From assembly GCA_965223865.1 (NCBI GenBank), contig OZ245020.1, positions 768,001 through 832,000 of the forward strand: a DNA stretch of 64,000 nucleotides, read 5' to 3'. Source of the stretch: Nitrosarchaeum sp. (lineage in GTDB: Archaea > Thermoproteota > Nitrososphaeria > Nitrososphaerales > Nitrosopumilaceae). A program made the position numbers and the translations under genes. The notes beneath the pieces are model-generated. The model saw only the letters and a program-made list of their open reading frames with translations. It had not been told where the DNA came from and searched no databases. Below are positions 47,293 to 58,231 of the stretch, piece by piece (positions within the stretch are counted from its first letter, which is position 1; every line of letters starts with the position of its first letter).

Positions 47293-49452
47293 ATGACGAA
47301 AAATAACTTCATGAATAAATCCTCGTTGAGAGGAATTTTCCTTTCAATTCTGATATTTTCTATTGGATTTGGAGTTATTCCTAGTGTGTATGCAGAATCA
47401 GTTACTGCAAAAAGTATTGCATTTGAAGAAACCACCATTATTGAATTTTTTAATCAAGGTACAAAAGACATCAATACCTTTAGAATTTGGCTAAGTAGTG
47501 ATTTTAATTTCAAGTCGTTTAAGACAGAAAAAGGTTGGACTGGTGAAAAAACGTTACAGGGAGTTATCGTCTTTAACTCTGAAGAAGCTATTAAACCAGG
47601 AGAATCAATAAAATTTGGAGTTAAAACAGACAAAGTAAGCTCAGGAATTAATTGGAAGGCACTTGACAACAATGACAAACAAATAGATGCAGGGAAATCT
47701 GTTGCAGATGATCTTCCAGAACCAATAACAAATACAAAACCTCAAGAAGATAGCACATCAACAAATGGAGTTTTGTCAGATTCAATTTTTAGGATCATAC
47801 CGGAGAAACCAAATGTTGGTTCAACAATTAGAGTAACAGGAGATAATTTTGGGTCATCCCAAGAATTTGATTTTTTGATAGATTCTAGGAAAATTGGAAA
47901 TTTTGTTACGAATGATGCAGGTTATTTTATGACAACTATGAAAATTCCAGATAATATTGACGCAGATAGAGTAAACTTTGTTGTAAAAGACAATAATAAC
48001 AAGGAAAAGACGATAAGCCTGAGATTAGGAGATGTAGAAAGTAGGATTCCCGAAGACAACGTGAAGCTCACCATCAAAGGAGTTCCAGACATAATGCATA
48101 GAGGAGATTTCTTGGAGATCTCAGGTACAGGTCAACCAGACAGTGCTGTTTCAGCAACAGTGTTCAATCCAGATGGAGAGATAATCAATACAAGAACGGC
48201 TGAAATAAATTCTAAAGGAAATTGGGAATTAGAAGAACCGATTATTGTTCCACTTGACACGGAATTTGGAGTATATAGTGCTGAGATTTCTGATGGAAGA
48301 GAAACCATTTTAAAGAATTGGACAGTCGAATCATCTAAACTAATTGTAATATCTCCAGAAGTTTTAAAGTTTGATCCTGGTGAAACTATGAAATACAATG
48401 GCACTGCAATACCAAATACCCCAATAGAATTGATTCTGGAAGATCCTTTAGGAGATGAGAGATTTGCGGACATTATCGAAGTAGATTCTTCAGGAATTGT
48501 AGAATTTGAATATCCTACCATTGCAAATGTAGACAAGGAGGGAACATGGACATTGATTGCCACCCAAGGCAAAAATAAAGAATTTATTTTTGCAGGATTA
48601 GGAGAAGTACCAACAATTCCAGTAAATTTTGAATTTGACAAGTTAAATTACAAATCATCAGAAACTGCATTAATTACGTTGACTGGAAAACCATCAGACA
48701 TTCTTAGCATGTTAATAGTTGACCCTTCAGATAAACCAAAAGGAGAAACAATTTCAATTCAGTTAGAACCAGATGGAAGATCCATTTATGAATTAGATTT
48801 AGACAAATATTCCTCAGGAGTTTATACTGCAGTGGTAAGTAAGGGAACAACAAAAAGTAGCGAGATTTTTACAGTAGGATTACAGACAGGATCTGGAGAT
48901 GTCGATATTAACACTACAAAATTAGAATATGGACCGGGAGATTCAGTGTTGATACTAGGGGATACAAATTCCAATGTACTCCTTACAATCACATTATACG
49001 ACCAAGATGGAAAGGAAATAAAATCTAAAGAAACATTCTCAGACAAGAATGGAAAAATTACAGAAGAAGGTTTCAGGATACCTTCTAGCGCCGAACCAGG
49101 AACATGGCAATTGAAGGCCACTAGTGGTTCAAACTACGATATTGTAGATATTGAAATAACTGCAGTTAAACAAGAAGGAATGGTAATCAAGGTAGTTGAA
49201 GGTACTGAAATTCCAGGTATTGGAAAAATAATAAACATTATGATTGATGGTGCAAATCCAAGATCTACAGTTTTGATCGAAATACAAACAGAAGATGGTG
49301 AGACTATTGATGATACTTTAAAATGTGTAGCTACAGATCAAGCAAGTTGTGAAATTCCGTGGACAATTTCCAAGGATACATTACCAGGCATATACAGTGT
49401 AAAGGCAAAAGACGGACACGATTCAGCTGAAACAACGTTTGTTGTAGATTAA
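47293..49452 (+). CDS. Large secreted Ig-like repeat surface protein
   Basis: Signal peptide ending VYA; repeated G.Y/G.W beta-sandwich domains. Confidence 0.85.
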   Translation: MTKNNFMNKSSLRGIFLSILIFSIGFGVIPSVYAESVTAKSIAFEETTIIEFFNQGTKDINTFRIWLSSDFNFKSFKTEKGWTGEKTLQGVIVFNSEEAIKPGESIKFGVKTDKVSSGINWKALDNNDKQIDAGKSVADDLPEPITNTKPQEDSTSTNGVLSDSIFRIIPEKPNVGSTIRVTGDNFGSSQEFDFLIDSRKIGNFVTNDAGYFMTTMKIPDNIDADRVNFVVKDNNNKEKTISLRLGDVESRIPEDNVKLTIKGVPDIMHRGDFLEISGTGQPDSAVSATVFNPDGEIINTRTAEINSKGNWELEEPIIVPLDTEFGVYSAEISDGRETILKNWTVESSKLIVISPEVLKFDPGETMKYNGTAIPNTPIELILEDPLGDERFADIIEVDSSGIVEFEYPTIANVDKEGTWTLIATQGKNKEFIFAGLGEVPTIPVNFEFDKLNYKSSETALITLTGKPSDILSMLIVDPSDKPKGETISIQLEPDGRSIYELDLDKYSSGVYTAVVSKGTTKSSEIFTVGLQTGSGDVDINTTKLEYGPGDSVLILGDTNSNVLLTITLYDQDGKEIKSKETFSDKNGKITEEGFRIPSSAEPGTWQLKATSGSNYDIVDIEITAVKQEGMVIKVVEGTEIPGIGKIINIMIDGANPRSTVLIEIQTEDGETIDDTLKCVATDQASCEIPWTISKDTLPGIYSVKAKDGHDSAETTFVVD

Positions 49453-49491
49453 TTTCAAACAATTTTATTCCACCAGTTTTGAAATTTTTTT

Positions 49492-50004
49492 ATGAACCTT
49501 AAAGACAAAATTTCAGAATATCCGGATTTTCCTAAAAAAGGAATATTATTTAGAGATTTCAGTCCAATTCTGAAGGATCCATCAGCATTATCATATATTG
49601 CTGATGAGTTTACAAAGTATTTTCATCCAAAAGAAGTCGATGTTTTTGCAGGAGTAGAATCAAGAGGTTTTATTCTTGCCTGTATTATGGCTTCAAGATA
49701 TAACAAAGGCATGATAATGATTAGAAAGGCAGGTAAACTCCCTGGAAAAACTACGAAACTATCATACAAGATTGAATATGGTCAAGATACAATTGAAATT
49801 CAAAAGGATGTAATTCAAGAGGGGCAAAAAATAATCATATGCGATGATCTGTTAGCAACAGGAGGAACTGCCAAAGCTTCGGCAAGACTTATTGAAAAAG
49901 TAGGAGGTATAATATCGGGATTTGCATTTATCATTGAACTAACTGATTTGAATGGAATAAAAGGCATCAGCAAATACAATTGCAAATCATTGGTGAAGTA
50001 TTAA
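49492..50004 (+). CDS. apt: Adenine phosphoribosyltransferase
   Basis: [25 protein letters not shown]. Confidence 0.97.
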   Translation: MNLKDKISEYPDFPKKGILFRDFSPILKDPSALSYIADEFTKYFHPKEVDVFAGVESRGFILACIMASRYNKGMIMIRKAGKLPGKTTKLSYKIEYGQDTIEIQKDVIQEGQKIIICDDLLATGGTAKASARLIEKVGGIISGFAFIIELTDLNGIKGISKYNCKSLVKY

Positions 50005-50795
50005 TGGAAAAAGATGTAGAGATTGGAATTTTTGGAGGAACTGGGATATACGACTCGGGACTGTTAGAAAACCCTCAGGAATTAGATATTGATACTCCTT
50101 ATGGGAAACCTTCAGATACAATTACTGTAGGTGTTTTCAGGGGAAAGAAAATTGCATTTTTGCCCAGACATGGAAAAAAACACTCAGTTCCACCTCACAT
50201 GATAAATTACAAAGCAAACATCTGGGCATTTAAGGAATTAGGAGTAAAAAGAATTCTTGCACCATCGGCAGTAGGTAGTTTAAAAGAAGAACTAGAGCCG
50301 GGACATTTTGCATTACCAACTCAATTTTTAGATTTTACAAAATCAAGAGAAGGATCATTTTCTGAAAATGGACGAGTAATCCACATTTCCGTTGCAGAAC
50401 CCTTTTGTCCAGAGATACAATCATCAGTTTTAAAAGTGGTAAAGAAACTAGATTTTAAAATTCACAAGGATTGTACATACGTATGTATTGAGGGACCAAG
50501 ATTTTCCACTAAAGCTGAATCAAAGTTTTACAGAACAACTGGTGCTGAAATTATTGGAATGACACTTGTTCCAGAATGTCAACTTGCAAGAGAAGCGCAA
50601 ATATGTTATACATCTATTTCAACTGTGACAGATTATGATGTCTGGGCCGAAAAGTCTGTTACGGCAAAAGAAGTACTAGAAACATTATCAAAGAATGTGG
50701 AAAGAACAAAGAAAGTTCTAATTGAATTAATAGATAGTATTCCTAAAACCAGAAGCTGTTCTTGTGCAAAGGCTCTTGAAGAAGCAGAATTCTAA
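50004..50795 (+). CDS. mtnP: 5'-methylthioadenosine phosphorylase (track start 49980)
   Basis: GIFGGTG, RHG, EGPRFST.AES, TDYD. Confidence 0.96.
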   Translation: MEKDVEIGIFGGTGIYDSGLLENPQELDIDTPYGKPSDTITVGVFRGKKIAFLPRHGKKHSVPPHMINYKANIWAFKELGVKRILAPSAVGSLKEELEPGHFALPTQFLDFTKSREGSFSENGRVIHISVAEPFCPEIQSSVLKVVKKLDFKIHKDCTYVCIEGPRFSTKAESKFYRTTGAEIIGMTLVPECQLAREAQICYTSISTVTDYDVWAEKSVTAKEVLETLSKNVERTKKVLIELIDSIPKTRSCSCAKALEEAEF

Positions 50796-50851
50796 TCATC
50801 TACATCAAAGAGAATTCAAAATCCAATACACAAAAATGGGAAGGATATTCG

Positions 50852-51205
50852 TTATTTTAGCCTCAATTTCCTAGCTTTACTAATAATTTTAGAATGATCA
50901 GCTCTAGCGCTTGTAGTCAGATACAGAAGATGGGCATCATCTAGCGGTATTACCAGACGCTTGATCTTGTCATACTCAGCAAGAGCATACTTTCCTTTGC
51001 CTATCTTTTGTGAGAGTTTGTTTCGAGCTTTCCAAATGTTTGCAGATGTCTTTAGTGATTGGAGACTCTCTTTTGCTGTTAAAAGATTTTTTACTCCCTT
51101 TTTGTGCCCGCTAGATTTTATTCTTCCATTGATGTCTGTGATGGTTGCATAACGAATTGCAGGGCTAATTTTCATAGCTTGTTCCTGAAGACTTTGATAG
51201 TCCAT
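50852..51205 (-). CDS. DUF6659-like protein
   Basis: IRYA.I.D..G, AEYDKIKR. Confidence 0.75.
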   Translation of the reverse strand: MDYQSLQEQAMKISPAIRYATITDINGRIKSSGHKKGVKNLLTAKESLQSLKTSANIWKARNKLSQKIGKGKYALAEYDKIKRLVIPLDDAHLLYLTTSARADHSKIISKARKLRLK

Positions 51206-51335
51206 GTGATATATAGGAATCTGCTATATGTTAAAGATTTAAAAAATTAGATTTTTAAAATACCCTTTTATTTTCAAAAATCTTCAGTTTCAAAAAAAAT
51301 TGATCACATAATTATGAGAAAGACAATTATCTATT

Positions 51336-51710
51336 ATGGCAGATCCAAAAAAGGAAGCTGAACATTTATGGAATTTGTATGTCCAGTCGCTTGAAACCTG
51401 GAAAAAAGCTCACTAATCATGGCAAAAATCAGGAGAATATGCACTAAAACAATAATGCCAAAGCCATGAATTTTTCATGGAAACAGTATGATGCAGGTCA
51501 GATAAACAAGTACAATGAGGCATGGGCAAAGACTTGGAGTGAAGTTGGAGAAAACCCATACAGATGGTATTTGAAAGCCTGGGAAAAAATATGGAAGGAT
51601 TCAGGATTTGTGTCATTAGGACTTTTAATCAACAATGGCAGAAGATATGGGTAAATTCTACTCAAGAAGTATTCAAAAAATATCTTGAAGTTCTAAAATA
51701 TTCAGAGAAT
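51336..51710 (+). pseudogene. Degraded Trp-rich helical protein gene
   Basis: MADPKKEAEHLWNLYVQSLETWKKAH*SWQKSGEYALKQ* followed by frameshifted W-periodic segments. Confidence 0.55.
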
Positions 51711-51790
51711 AATTGATTCTCTACAATTTTTTGATGATAAAAATAAAGAGTAAATAATACTGGTATTTTCACTACGAAAATTCTTAGTTT

Positions 51791-52135
51791 TTATGAAATC
51801 AGAGATGCAGTTTCTCTTTTACTGTCATCATGAGGATCAAAACCTCGCTTTTTGTGTATAGTGTCTATTACGCCTTTGGTAAATTTGTCAAACTTTTCAT
51901 CTTTCATAGAGTCTATGACTTCATCTACTGTCTTTTTCATATCAATTTTCTTGCATCTGCGGTCTGCCTCAGAACAATAAAACTCGATATATCTTTGAAT
52001 GTAATCGTATTCTGGTCCCTCTATTCCTATTTCAAATCTCCTTCGGCTTAGTCTTTGCCTCCAGCTTTCACTCATAATGTTACTTTGCTCTTCTTTTGTA
52101 TTAAACCCTCTAACCATAAAGTTAACTTGATTCAA
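51791..52135 (-). CDS. Hypothetical protein
   Basis: 114-aa ORF; start uncertain. Confidence 0.5.
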   Translation of the reverse strand: MNQVNFMVRGFNTKEEQSNIMSESWRQRLSRRRFEIGIEGPEYDYIQRYIEFYCSEADRRCKKIDMKKTVDEVIDSMKDEKFDKFTKGVIDTIHKKRGFDPHDDSKRETASLIS

Positions 52136-52611
52136 AAATTTTTGCAGTAATACCTATTGTACGTATAGAAGATACAGAGGATGTAAACAAAACTCTTGAT
52201 GGAAACATTGCATCAAGAGCATTTACTGTATATCAACTAGCAAATACCATTATTCATGACTTTGTATTTGCAATCTTTCTCTTGACCTTCGTTAGATAGG
52301 CAATAATGCCACCTATAACTGCTGTAATAGCTGTGATTCCCGCTACTATGTCTGACACTGGTAAATTCTCCCATAAAATCAATGCAACTGTTTTCTTCTG
52401 CAATCAGCAATTTCTTTTTTTGTACATCTTGGTATCCTGATTTCCAATAGATTTTTGGTAAATCAAAAATGGAAAGACCTATAAGATTTTAGATAAATTA
52501 GATGAAAAACTGAGTTAATGTAATTTCAACAATTTGAATATCTGCATCAAATTCATCGTTTTAATAATGCTAAATTAAGACATTACAGAATAAAATCACT
52601 GCAAAGTTTAT

Positions 52612-52896
52612 CTAGTCATCTACAAAAGTCTCACGTCTTAGTCCTTCAGGTAATGTGAGATCCCCTTTCAAAAGATTTTCCTGAAGAGATATAATTACTT
52701 CATTAACATCATAGTCTAGTTTTTTCAATTCTTTTTCAGTAGTTTTTGAAATTTTTGCACCAATATTTTGACCTCCTATTCTACCAAATGCAATAGCACT
52801 AAATCTAAATTTATGATCATCAATCGTAAAATTACCGGTAATTTTTGCAGCCATTTGACTCCCGTGAATATTGTTAATGTGAACTTTAAGATTCAT
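52612..52896 (-). CDS. Conserved hypothetical protein
   Basis: IAFGRIGGQN. Confidence 0.75.
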   Translation of the reverse strand: MNLKVHINNIHGSQMAAKITGNFTIDDHKFRFSAIAFGRIGGQNIGAKISKTTEKELKKLDYDVNEVIISLQENLLKGDLTLPEGLRRETFVDD

Positions 52897-52904
52897 TTTA
52901 GAAA

Positions 52905-53303
52905 TCAGATTTCAACTGCCTTATTGATATGATCATCAATTAAAAAACTCCAGTGTTTGTCATCTTTAATTTTGAAGTTCTTTGTATTAAGAGAAATTAC
53001 CTGTTCATCTAGACATTCATGTTTTATTTCACCATGTTTTTTTAGTTTAACTAATTTCCACCTGTATTTTCCTTGTTGTAATTTGCATACAGTAACACCC
53101 CATTTTGCGTCAGGATCAATTTTTGGCATTCCTACTAAATCTGCTAATTCTTCAATACCTAGTTGTTTTTCTTCACAAAATCTTTTTTTACAAACTCCAC
53201 ATCTCCATACATCAATAGAACCTATTGTTCGTTCATCAATATTTATATTTACTACACCAAAATAGACTGGTTGGTGTTTGCATGTTTCTGTATCTATTGT
53301 CAA
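52905..53303 (-). CDS. Zn-finger-containing hypothetical protein
   Basis: CKH...WRCGVC. Confidence 0.75.
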   Translation of the reverse strand: MTIDTETCKHQPVYFGVVNINIDERTIGSIDVWRCGVCKKRFCEEKQLGIEELADLVGMPKIDPDAKWGVTVCKLQQGKYRWKLVKLKKHGEIKHECLDEQVISLNTKNFKIKDDKHWSFLIDDHINKAVEI

Positions 53304-53325
53304 TGCTGTTCACCATTCCTTAGTA

Positions 53326-53682
53326 TTATTTAGTTCTTGCATCATCATAGGGTTTTTCTAAAATTATTCCGATGTTATCGACAATCTTGTTTCTCTTAAA
53401 TTCAATATTATCTCTTTCACAAAGTCTTCTATACATATTAACAGATGTAAACCTTGGATGCATTGCCTCAAATTCCGTATCAGTGATATCTATGAATGCA
53501 CCTAATGCCATTAGATCCTTTGAAGTTTTCAATGATTCTTCAAGTGAGATTTTTAATTTTTCAGAAATTTTTTTTGAAGTCATTTTTCCATCGCAAGTTA
53601 CCAATAAAAAGACTTTAGCTTGTATACGACTCAATTTAATTTCTGATATAAGAGCTTCTTCAAGTTTTATGAGATCAATCAT
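53326..53682 (-). CDS. TrmB-like wHTH protein
   Basis: LS..QAKVF..L...G.MT...IS..L. Confidence 0.75.
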   Translation of the reverse strand: MIDLIKLEEALISEIKLSRIQAKVFLLVTCDGKMTSKKISEKLKISLEESLKTSKDLMALGAFIDITDTEFEAMHPRFTSVNMYRRLCERDNIEFKRNKIVDNIGIILEKPYDDARTK

Positions 53683-53897
53683 TTTTTTACCAACAATTTT
53701 TTAGAAATTTTTAATGAAAATCCCATAGCAAGAAAATGAACAATTGCTCCAACAATTGCAGCTTGAATTAAATCATTTAGGATATTCCAACTTAGAAAAA
53801 ATGCTATAATCGAAGGGATTGTAACGATAATGGCAATAATAGATCCTTTTAAAATAATTTCTTTCAATGAAAGTATGTCAATTTTTTTCTCTGCCAA
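53679..53897 (-). CDS. Small 2-TM membrane protein
   Basis: Two hydrophobic helices; stop overlaps the next start. Confidence 0.7.
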   Translation of the reverse strand: MAEKKIDILSLKEIILKGSIIAIIVTIPSIIAFFLSWNILNDLIQAAIVGAIVHFLAMGFSLKISKKLLVKK

Positions 53898-54281
53898 TAT
53901 TTCAAATTTTTAAAATTGGTAATAAAAACTAAAGATAATTCATTATTTACATTATAATTTTTTTCATTCTTTATGAGGTATTATTTAATCAGTTTTTGAT
54001 ATAAAATTAATTCGATATAGATAAAAGAAAAAATAGATTATTGAATAAAATTTCCTTGTTTGTGAGGGATACACTCTTGATAAAGTTCGCTTCTAATTTC
54101 ATTGATTGTACAACCACATTTTACAACAATTAATTGAGAAAGTTCAGAATCATTCATAAATTAACCTTTATGAAATTTGTTTAAAATTTCATTTAATAGA
54201 GTCTATAAGGTCAACAGAATAGTAGAAACTAATAAAATTTCTAAGTGTACTTTATATTTGGTGAAGAGAGATTTTTGATGT

Positions 54282-54737
54282 TTGGCAAGTTATAAGGGTG
54301 CTTATTCAAATGAACAATCTCTAAATTTCATTATTCCAATTATGGTAATTTTATTTCTTGGAATAATTTATGTAATGACTCAAAGATCTGGTTCAGGTTT
54401 CGTAAGCTTTATTCTCATTGGAGCAGCTGCAATTACAATGTTTTATTGGATAAGAGTACTTAAGAAAATGACCAAGGATCAAAAACCACTTTATACTGCA
54501 AGGGAACAAGAAACCAAAAATTGGGTGTATGACCTTATCAAGGGAGAGGGTGAGTTTGTTTTTGTGGCAGAAGTTCCCGGTCCAGAAGACAAAATTGCAG
54601 TTAGATTAATTGATGGAATTTTATATATTCGTGGTTCTGGAGGTTTTTCTAAAGAAGTTCCTATAGAAGGATCTAATGAAATGCAGATTTTTGATTTTAA
54701 ATATAGAAATGGAGTTTTAACTTTAAGAATAAAGTAA
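54282..54737 (+). CDS. Membrane-anchored Hsp20-like domain protein
   Basis: 2 TMs, then AEVPG...YRNGVL. Confidence 0.8.
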   Translation: MASYKGAYSNEQSLNFIIPIMVILFLGIIYVMTQRSGSGFVSFILIGAAAITMFYWIRVLKKMTKDQKPLYTAREQETKNWVYDLIKGEGEFVFVAEVPGPEDKIAVRLIDGILYIRGSGGFSKEVPIEGSNEMQIFDFKYRNGVLTLRIK

Positions 54738-55847
54738 CTATAGACTTTTTGCTAGCTCTAATTTCTGTGGAAGATATTTTTCAGTAATATTAGTTAGACC
54801 ATATTTTGAAAATGCTTCTAGCTCTGCTTTTCTTTTAATACGTAAAAATACATCTAATTCCTTTTTCCAAATTCCTTCTTGATATCTTGGATCCTTTTGT
54901 AAATCATAGCATCTCTTGATGTCAGATTCAGTCATTGGTATTGTAGGAAGTTTGAATTTTTCAATATCTGTGGCCCACACCCCTACCCACTTTGCATCAG
55001 GTACAGTTAATTCTCTTAAATGTGCTGCATTGGCAGAACCAGATTTTATAACCATTGCAATATGTTCCCCATAAACATCTCCATCTGTTAGAACAATTAT
55101 GGGTAATCCCATTTCATCATGAAGTCGTTTAAGAAGAGTTCGAGTTGATCGAGGTGCTTGACCGCCAGTATTTATGATAATTGATTTGAATTTCTTATCA
55201 ACTTGTTCTTCTACAAATCTAGTAAACAAACCTCCCTTTTCTATGGCAATTACAATTTCTGCACTAGTATCAAGCAACTCAGCAGTAGTCAAACTAGGTC
55301 CTATAGAATATCCATCAGGATGGTTTGAAAGATTCATTGTCTTCCCTTCATACCCTGGAATAGTATATTCTATATTCAAATCACCAAAAATAGAACTTCT
55401 TTCTTCAGGAAATATATGAAAATCTTCTCTTGGTTTTGAGGTAACTGCTTCTAAATCTACAATAATGTTATCAGATTCAGCCTGATCTTCAAATTCAATT
55501 GCAAAAGCCTGAGAGGAGTAATAAACATCTCTTAAGGTTGATGATTTTTTTTCTTGAGTAAGTCGATTTGCAAAAAATGCTAACCACATTAATTGTGTAA
55601 AAGATCTCAGTTGAGATGAATTTCTTGAGCTGCGCAAAGATGTAGTGTTTCCTAAAATGTATTGTCTCAATTTTTTGTCATATACAATATTACTAACTGA
55701 CCTACTAGGAATTGAAAATTTTGGAAACTGACCATTGTCCAGATCTTCATATATTTTAGCTCCATGAGTTTTTAGAATTTCGATTACGTCCTTTTGTTTT
55801 TTTTCAGATTTTTTACGTATTTCTTTTGATTTTTTACTTGTTTTCAA
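54738..55847 (-). CDS. top6A: DNA topoisomerase VI subunit A
   Basis: RDVYY, IEK, TDGD.YG, KAELEA. Confidence 0.97.
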   Translation of the reverse strand: MKTSKKSKEIRKKSEKKQKDVIEILKTHGAKIYEDLDNGQFPKFSIPSRSVSNIVYDKKLRQYILGNTTSLRSSRNSSQLRSFTQLMWLAFFANRLTQEKKSSTLRDVYYSSQAFAIEFEDQAESDNIIVDLEAVTSKPREDFHIFPEERSSIFGDLNIEYTIPGYEGKTMNLSNHPDGYSIGPSLTTAELLDTSAEIVIAIEKGGLFTRFVEEQVDKKFKSIIINTGGQAPRSTRTLLKRLHDEMGLPIIVLTDGDVYGEHIAMVIKSGSANAAHLRELTVPDAKWVGVWATDIEKFKLPTIPMTESDIKRCYDLQKDPRYQEGIWKKELDVFLRIKRKAELEAFSKYGLTNITEKYLPQKLELAKSL

Positions 55848-57672
55848 TGACTGTTTCCTCCTCTAGCATTTTCTTATAGCTTGGCTCTTTCTTCTTTCCA
55901 GCAAGTTCCGTGCAGAATTGAGCAATTAATGGAATATATTTTGCATAAAGATTTGCACGTTTTTTAGCCATTTCAGCTTGGCCTTTCTTTGACATGTATG
56001 CTGCAAGTTTTCTAGATAAGAATTGTAATGACAATCTCAACTCACGTTCTATTTCTGGTCTGTCTGCAACATTTTCTTTTCCAGCGGTTTTGTATGGAAT
56101 TCTAGTAGAACAAATATGAGAAACTATGATAAATGGTGGATCTCCTTTTACCTTGTATCTTCCCCAATCAGTATCATTAACAACTTTTAGAACAACATCA
56201 CTACCTTCATCATAAAGCAATGGGATTCGATTTGCATATCTGTAGACATGAGGTCCTCCAGATTTAATATCACCACCATAAGCTATTCCCATTTCAATAA
56301 TAAAGGGAAATCCAGAATAAGCAGATGCTGGACGTTGAACTACTGCTGTAAAATCAGGATTAAAGAATTTTTTTATTCCTTTTTCCAATGGTTCTTCTCC
56401 TAATGGTGCAAGACAACTTGGATCAGGAGAAAGGAAATCTTCAAATTTTTGTAAAGAGTCGCTTAGTTTTACTAATTCTTGATTTGTCATTGTTCCCATT
56501 CGTTTTTCAGGTTTAAATCCGGCAAATTCTGCAAATTTAACTGCAGTTGTAGGACCTACACGTTGGAACCTTTTTGTCAAAAATGTTGTTAGTGCTTCTC
56601 CTTGAACAGTGTTCGTAAGCTGTTTGTAATAGGAACTTTCAGGGTCCATATTAACTGATTTTGATTGTGAATCACCAAAATCCCAATAGTATAATTTTTT
56701 GTTAGGTACATCCATTTCTTCAATTCGTATTTTACGGAGTTTTTCAAAATCCATTTTAAGAAATGACATTAATGCAATTACAACTCTCACTTGACGTGAC
56801 AAATTTTTCCATTTCTTCCTTGCTTTTTCCATGATTGCAGTGAAACTAAAATTCTTTTTTGATAAACCCAAATCCTTTCTAACTTTTTCAATCATATTAT
56901 CATCAATAGTAGGAATTTCAAATTGAGATTCAACAATCATTCTACGTATTCTTTCAACATCAATTCCATGTGGATGAGGTCTAATTATAGTGGGCGGTGG
57001 AGGAATTTCTTTAACAAACCTAGAATGATGAAATTTTTGCCCTTTAGGATCATCAAAGGTAATCGTCGCATAAGGAGTAATTAAAGACGTTTCATAAACA
57101 TAATCTCTAATTTTTGTTCCTGCTTTGGAATAATCACCCTCTAAGCAGATACTAACTGAAAGACCCTTTTTTGATATATCTTTTGTATTATGTTTTAGAA
57201 TTACAGGTTTGTTTTTTTGAATGTCTAATAATATTTCAAATTCATCTTGAGTTTTTCCATCAGTAGAACTTTTTACAATAACTGGTTTGTTGGTAGTAAT
57301 TTGGCCGTAAAGAATAGCCATTGTTGCACCAAGTCCAAACATACCTCTGGCTTGTTTTAATCCAAATTTTGAACCATATAGAACTGTTCCAAATGCTAGA
57401 GGAATATGTTCAGCATCAATGCCAGGACCGTTATCTTTTACAGTCAAAATATAGGGTTTTGGGTCAGATTTTTCAGGATCTACTGCCTTAATTGTAAGGT
57501 GAACATCAGGAAGAATTCCCTTTTGGTCACAAGCATCTAATGCATTTTCAACAAATTCTCTTACAGCAGTATAAAGAGAACGAGTAGGATTACTAAATCC
57601 AGCTAAATCACGGTTACTATAAAAAAATTCACTAGGAGATATCTGATTGAATTGTTCTTTAATCAAAGACAT
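55834..57672 (-). CDS. top6B: DNA topoisomerase VI subunit B
   Basis: ENALDA, DNGPGI, RYANRIPL. Confidence 0.97.
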   Translation of the reverse strand: MSLIKEQFNQISPSEFFYSNRDLAGFSNPTRSLYTAVREFVENALDACDQKGILPDVHLTIKAVDPEKSDPKPYILTVKDNGPGIDAEHIPLAFGTVLYGSKFGLKQARGMFGLGATMAILYGQITTNKPVIVKSSTDGKTQDEFEILLDIQKNKPVILKHNTKDISKKGLSVSICLEGDYSKAGTKIRDYVYETSLITPYATITFDDPKGQKFHHSRFVKEIPPPPTIIRPHPHGIDVERIRRMIVESQFEIPTIDDNMIEKVRKDLGLSKKNFSFTAIMEKARKKWKNLSRQVRVVIALMSFLKMDFEKLRKIRIEEMDVPNKKLYYWDFGDSQSKSVNMDPESSYYKQLTNTVQGEALTTFLTKRFQRVGPTTAVKFAEFAGFKPEKRMGTMTNQELVKLSDSLQKFEDFLSPDPSCLAPLGEEPLEKGIKKFFNPDFTAVVQRPASAYSGFPFIIEMGIAYGGDIKSGGPHVYRYANRIPLLYDEGSDVVLKVVNDTDWGRYKVKGDPPFIIVSHICSTRIPYKTAGKENVADRPEIERELRLSLQFLSRKLAAYMSKKGQAEMAKKRANLYAKYIPLIAQFCTELAGKKKEPSYKKMLEEETVIENK

Positions 57673-58231
57673 CTTGATCTTCCCACAGTTTTATTTTTTC
57701 TTGTTTTTCTTTACGATTTACAGCTTCTAGTCTGTTGTAAACTGCACCATGCATACTTCCACTGGAAATAGAAGAAATTGCATCAACTGCTGATCTTAAT
57801 TTTGTGGTGTTGCCAATTATTGAAACCGTTTTTCCATAAACAGAGATATGTGTATCACTTAGATTTTCCATATTTCTTCTTGCCTTACCACCTTCTCCTA
57901 TGATCCTCCCTTTTATCCTTTCAATATTTGAGCTAGACTTACCGGCAAACTCTCTCAAATCGATCACATGTAACGTGTTGTCATTTTCTAACAAAGTCAT
58001 TGCTTTTTCGGGAGAAAATCCTCTCCCAATTGCAGTGACAATCTCAATTGCCTTAAAAGGTTGGATTTTTTCGATATTTCCAGCTGATTTTATTAATACT
58101 TCACCAGTATCTCCATCAATTTCCAAAGTCACAAGACATAGCTTTTCAATTGTTGATTTTGTTTTTCCAGATTTACCAATTAAAACACCTATCCTTTCAT
58201 TTGGGATACGAATCAATTTTTCAAAGCTCAT
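57659..58231 (-). CDS. KH-domain rRNA processing protein (Dim2/Pno1)
   Basis: LIGKSG, AIGRGFSP, GRIIGEGG. Confidence 0.93.
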   Translation of the reverse strand: MSFEKLIRIPNERIGVLIGKSGKTKSTIEKLCLVTLEIDGDTGEVLIKSAGNIEKIQPFKAIEIVTAIGRGFSPEKAMTLLENDNTLHVIDLREFAGKSSSNIERIKGRIIGEGGKARRNMENLSDTHISVYGKTVSIIGNTTKLRSAVDAISSISSGSMHGAVYNRLEAVNRKEKQEKIKLWEDQDVFD

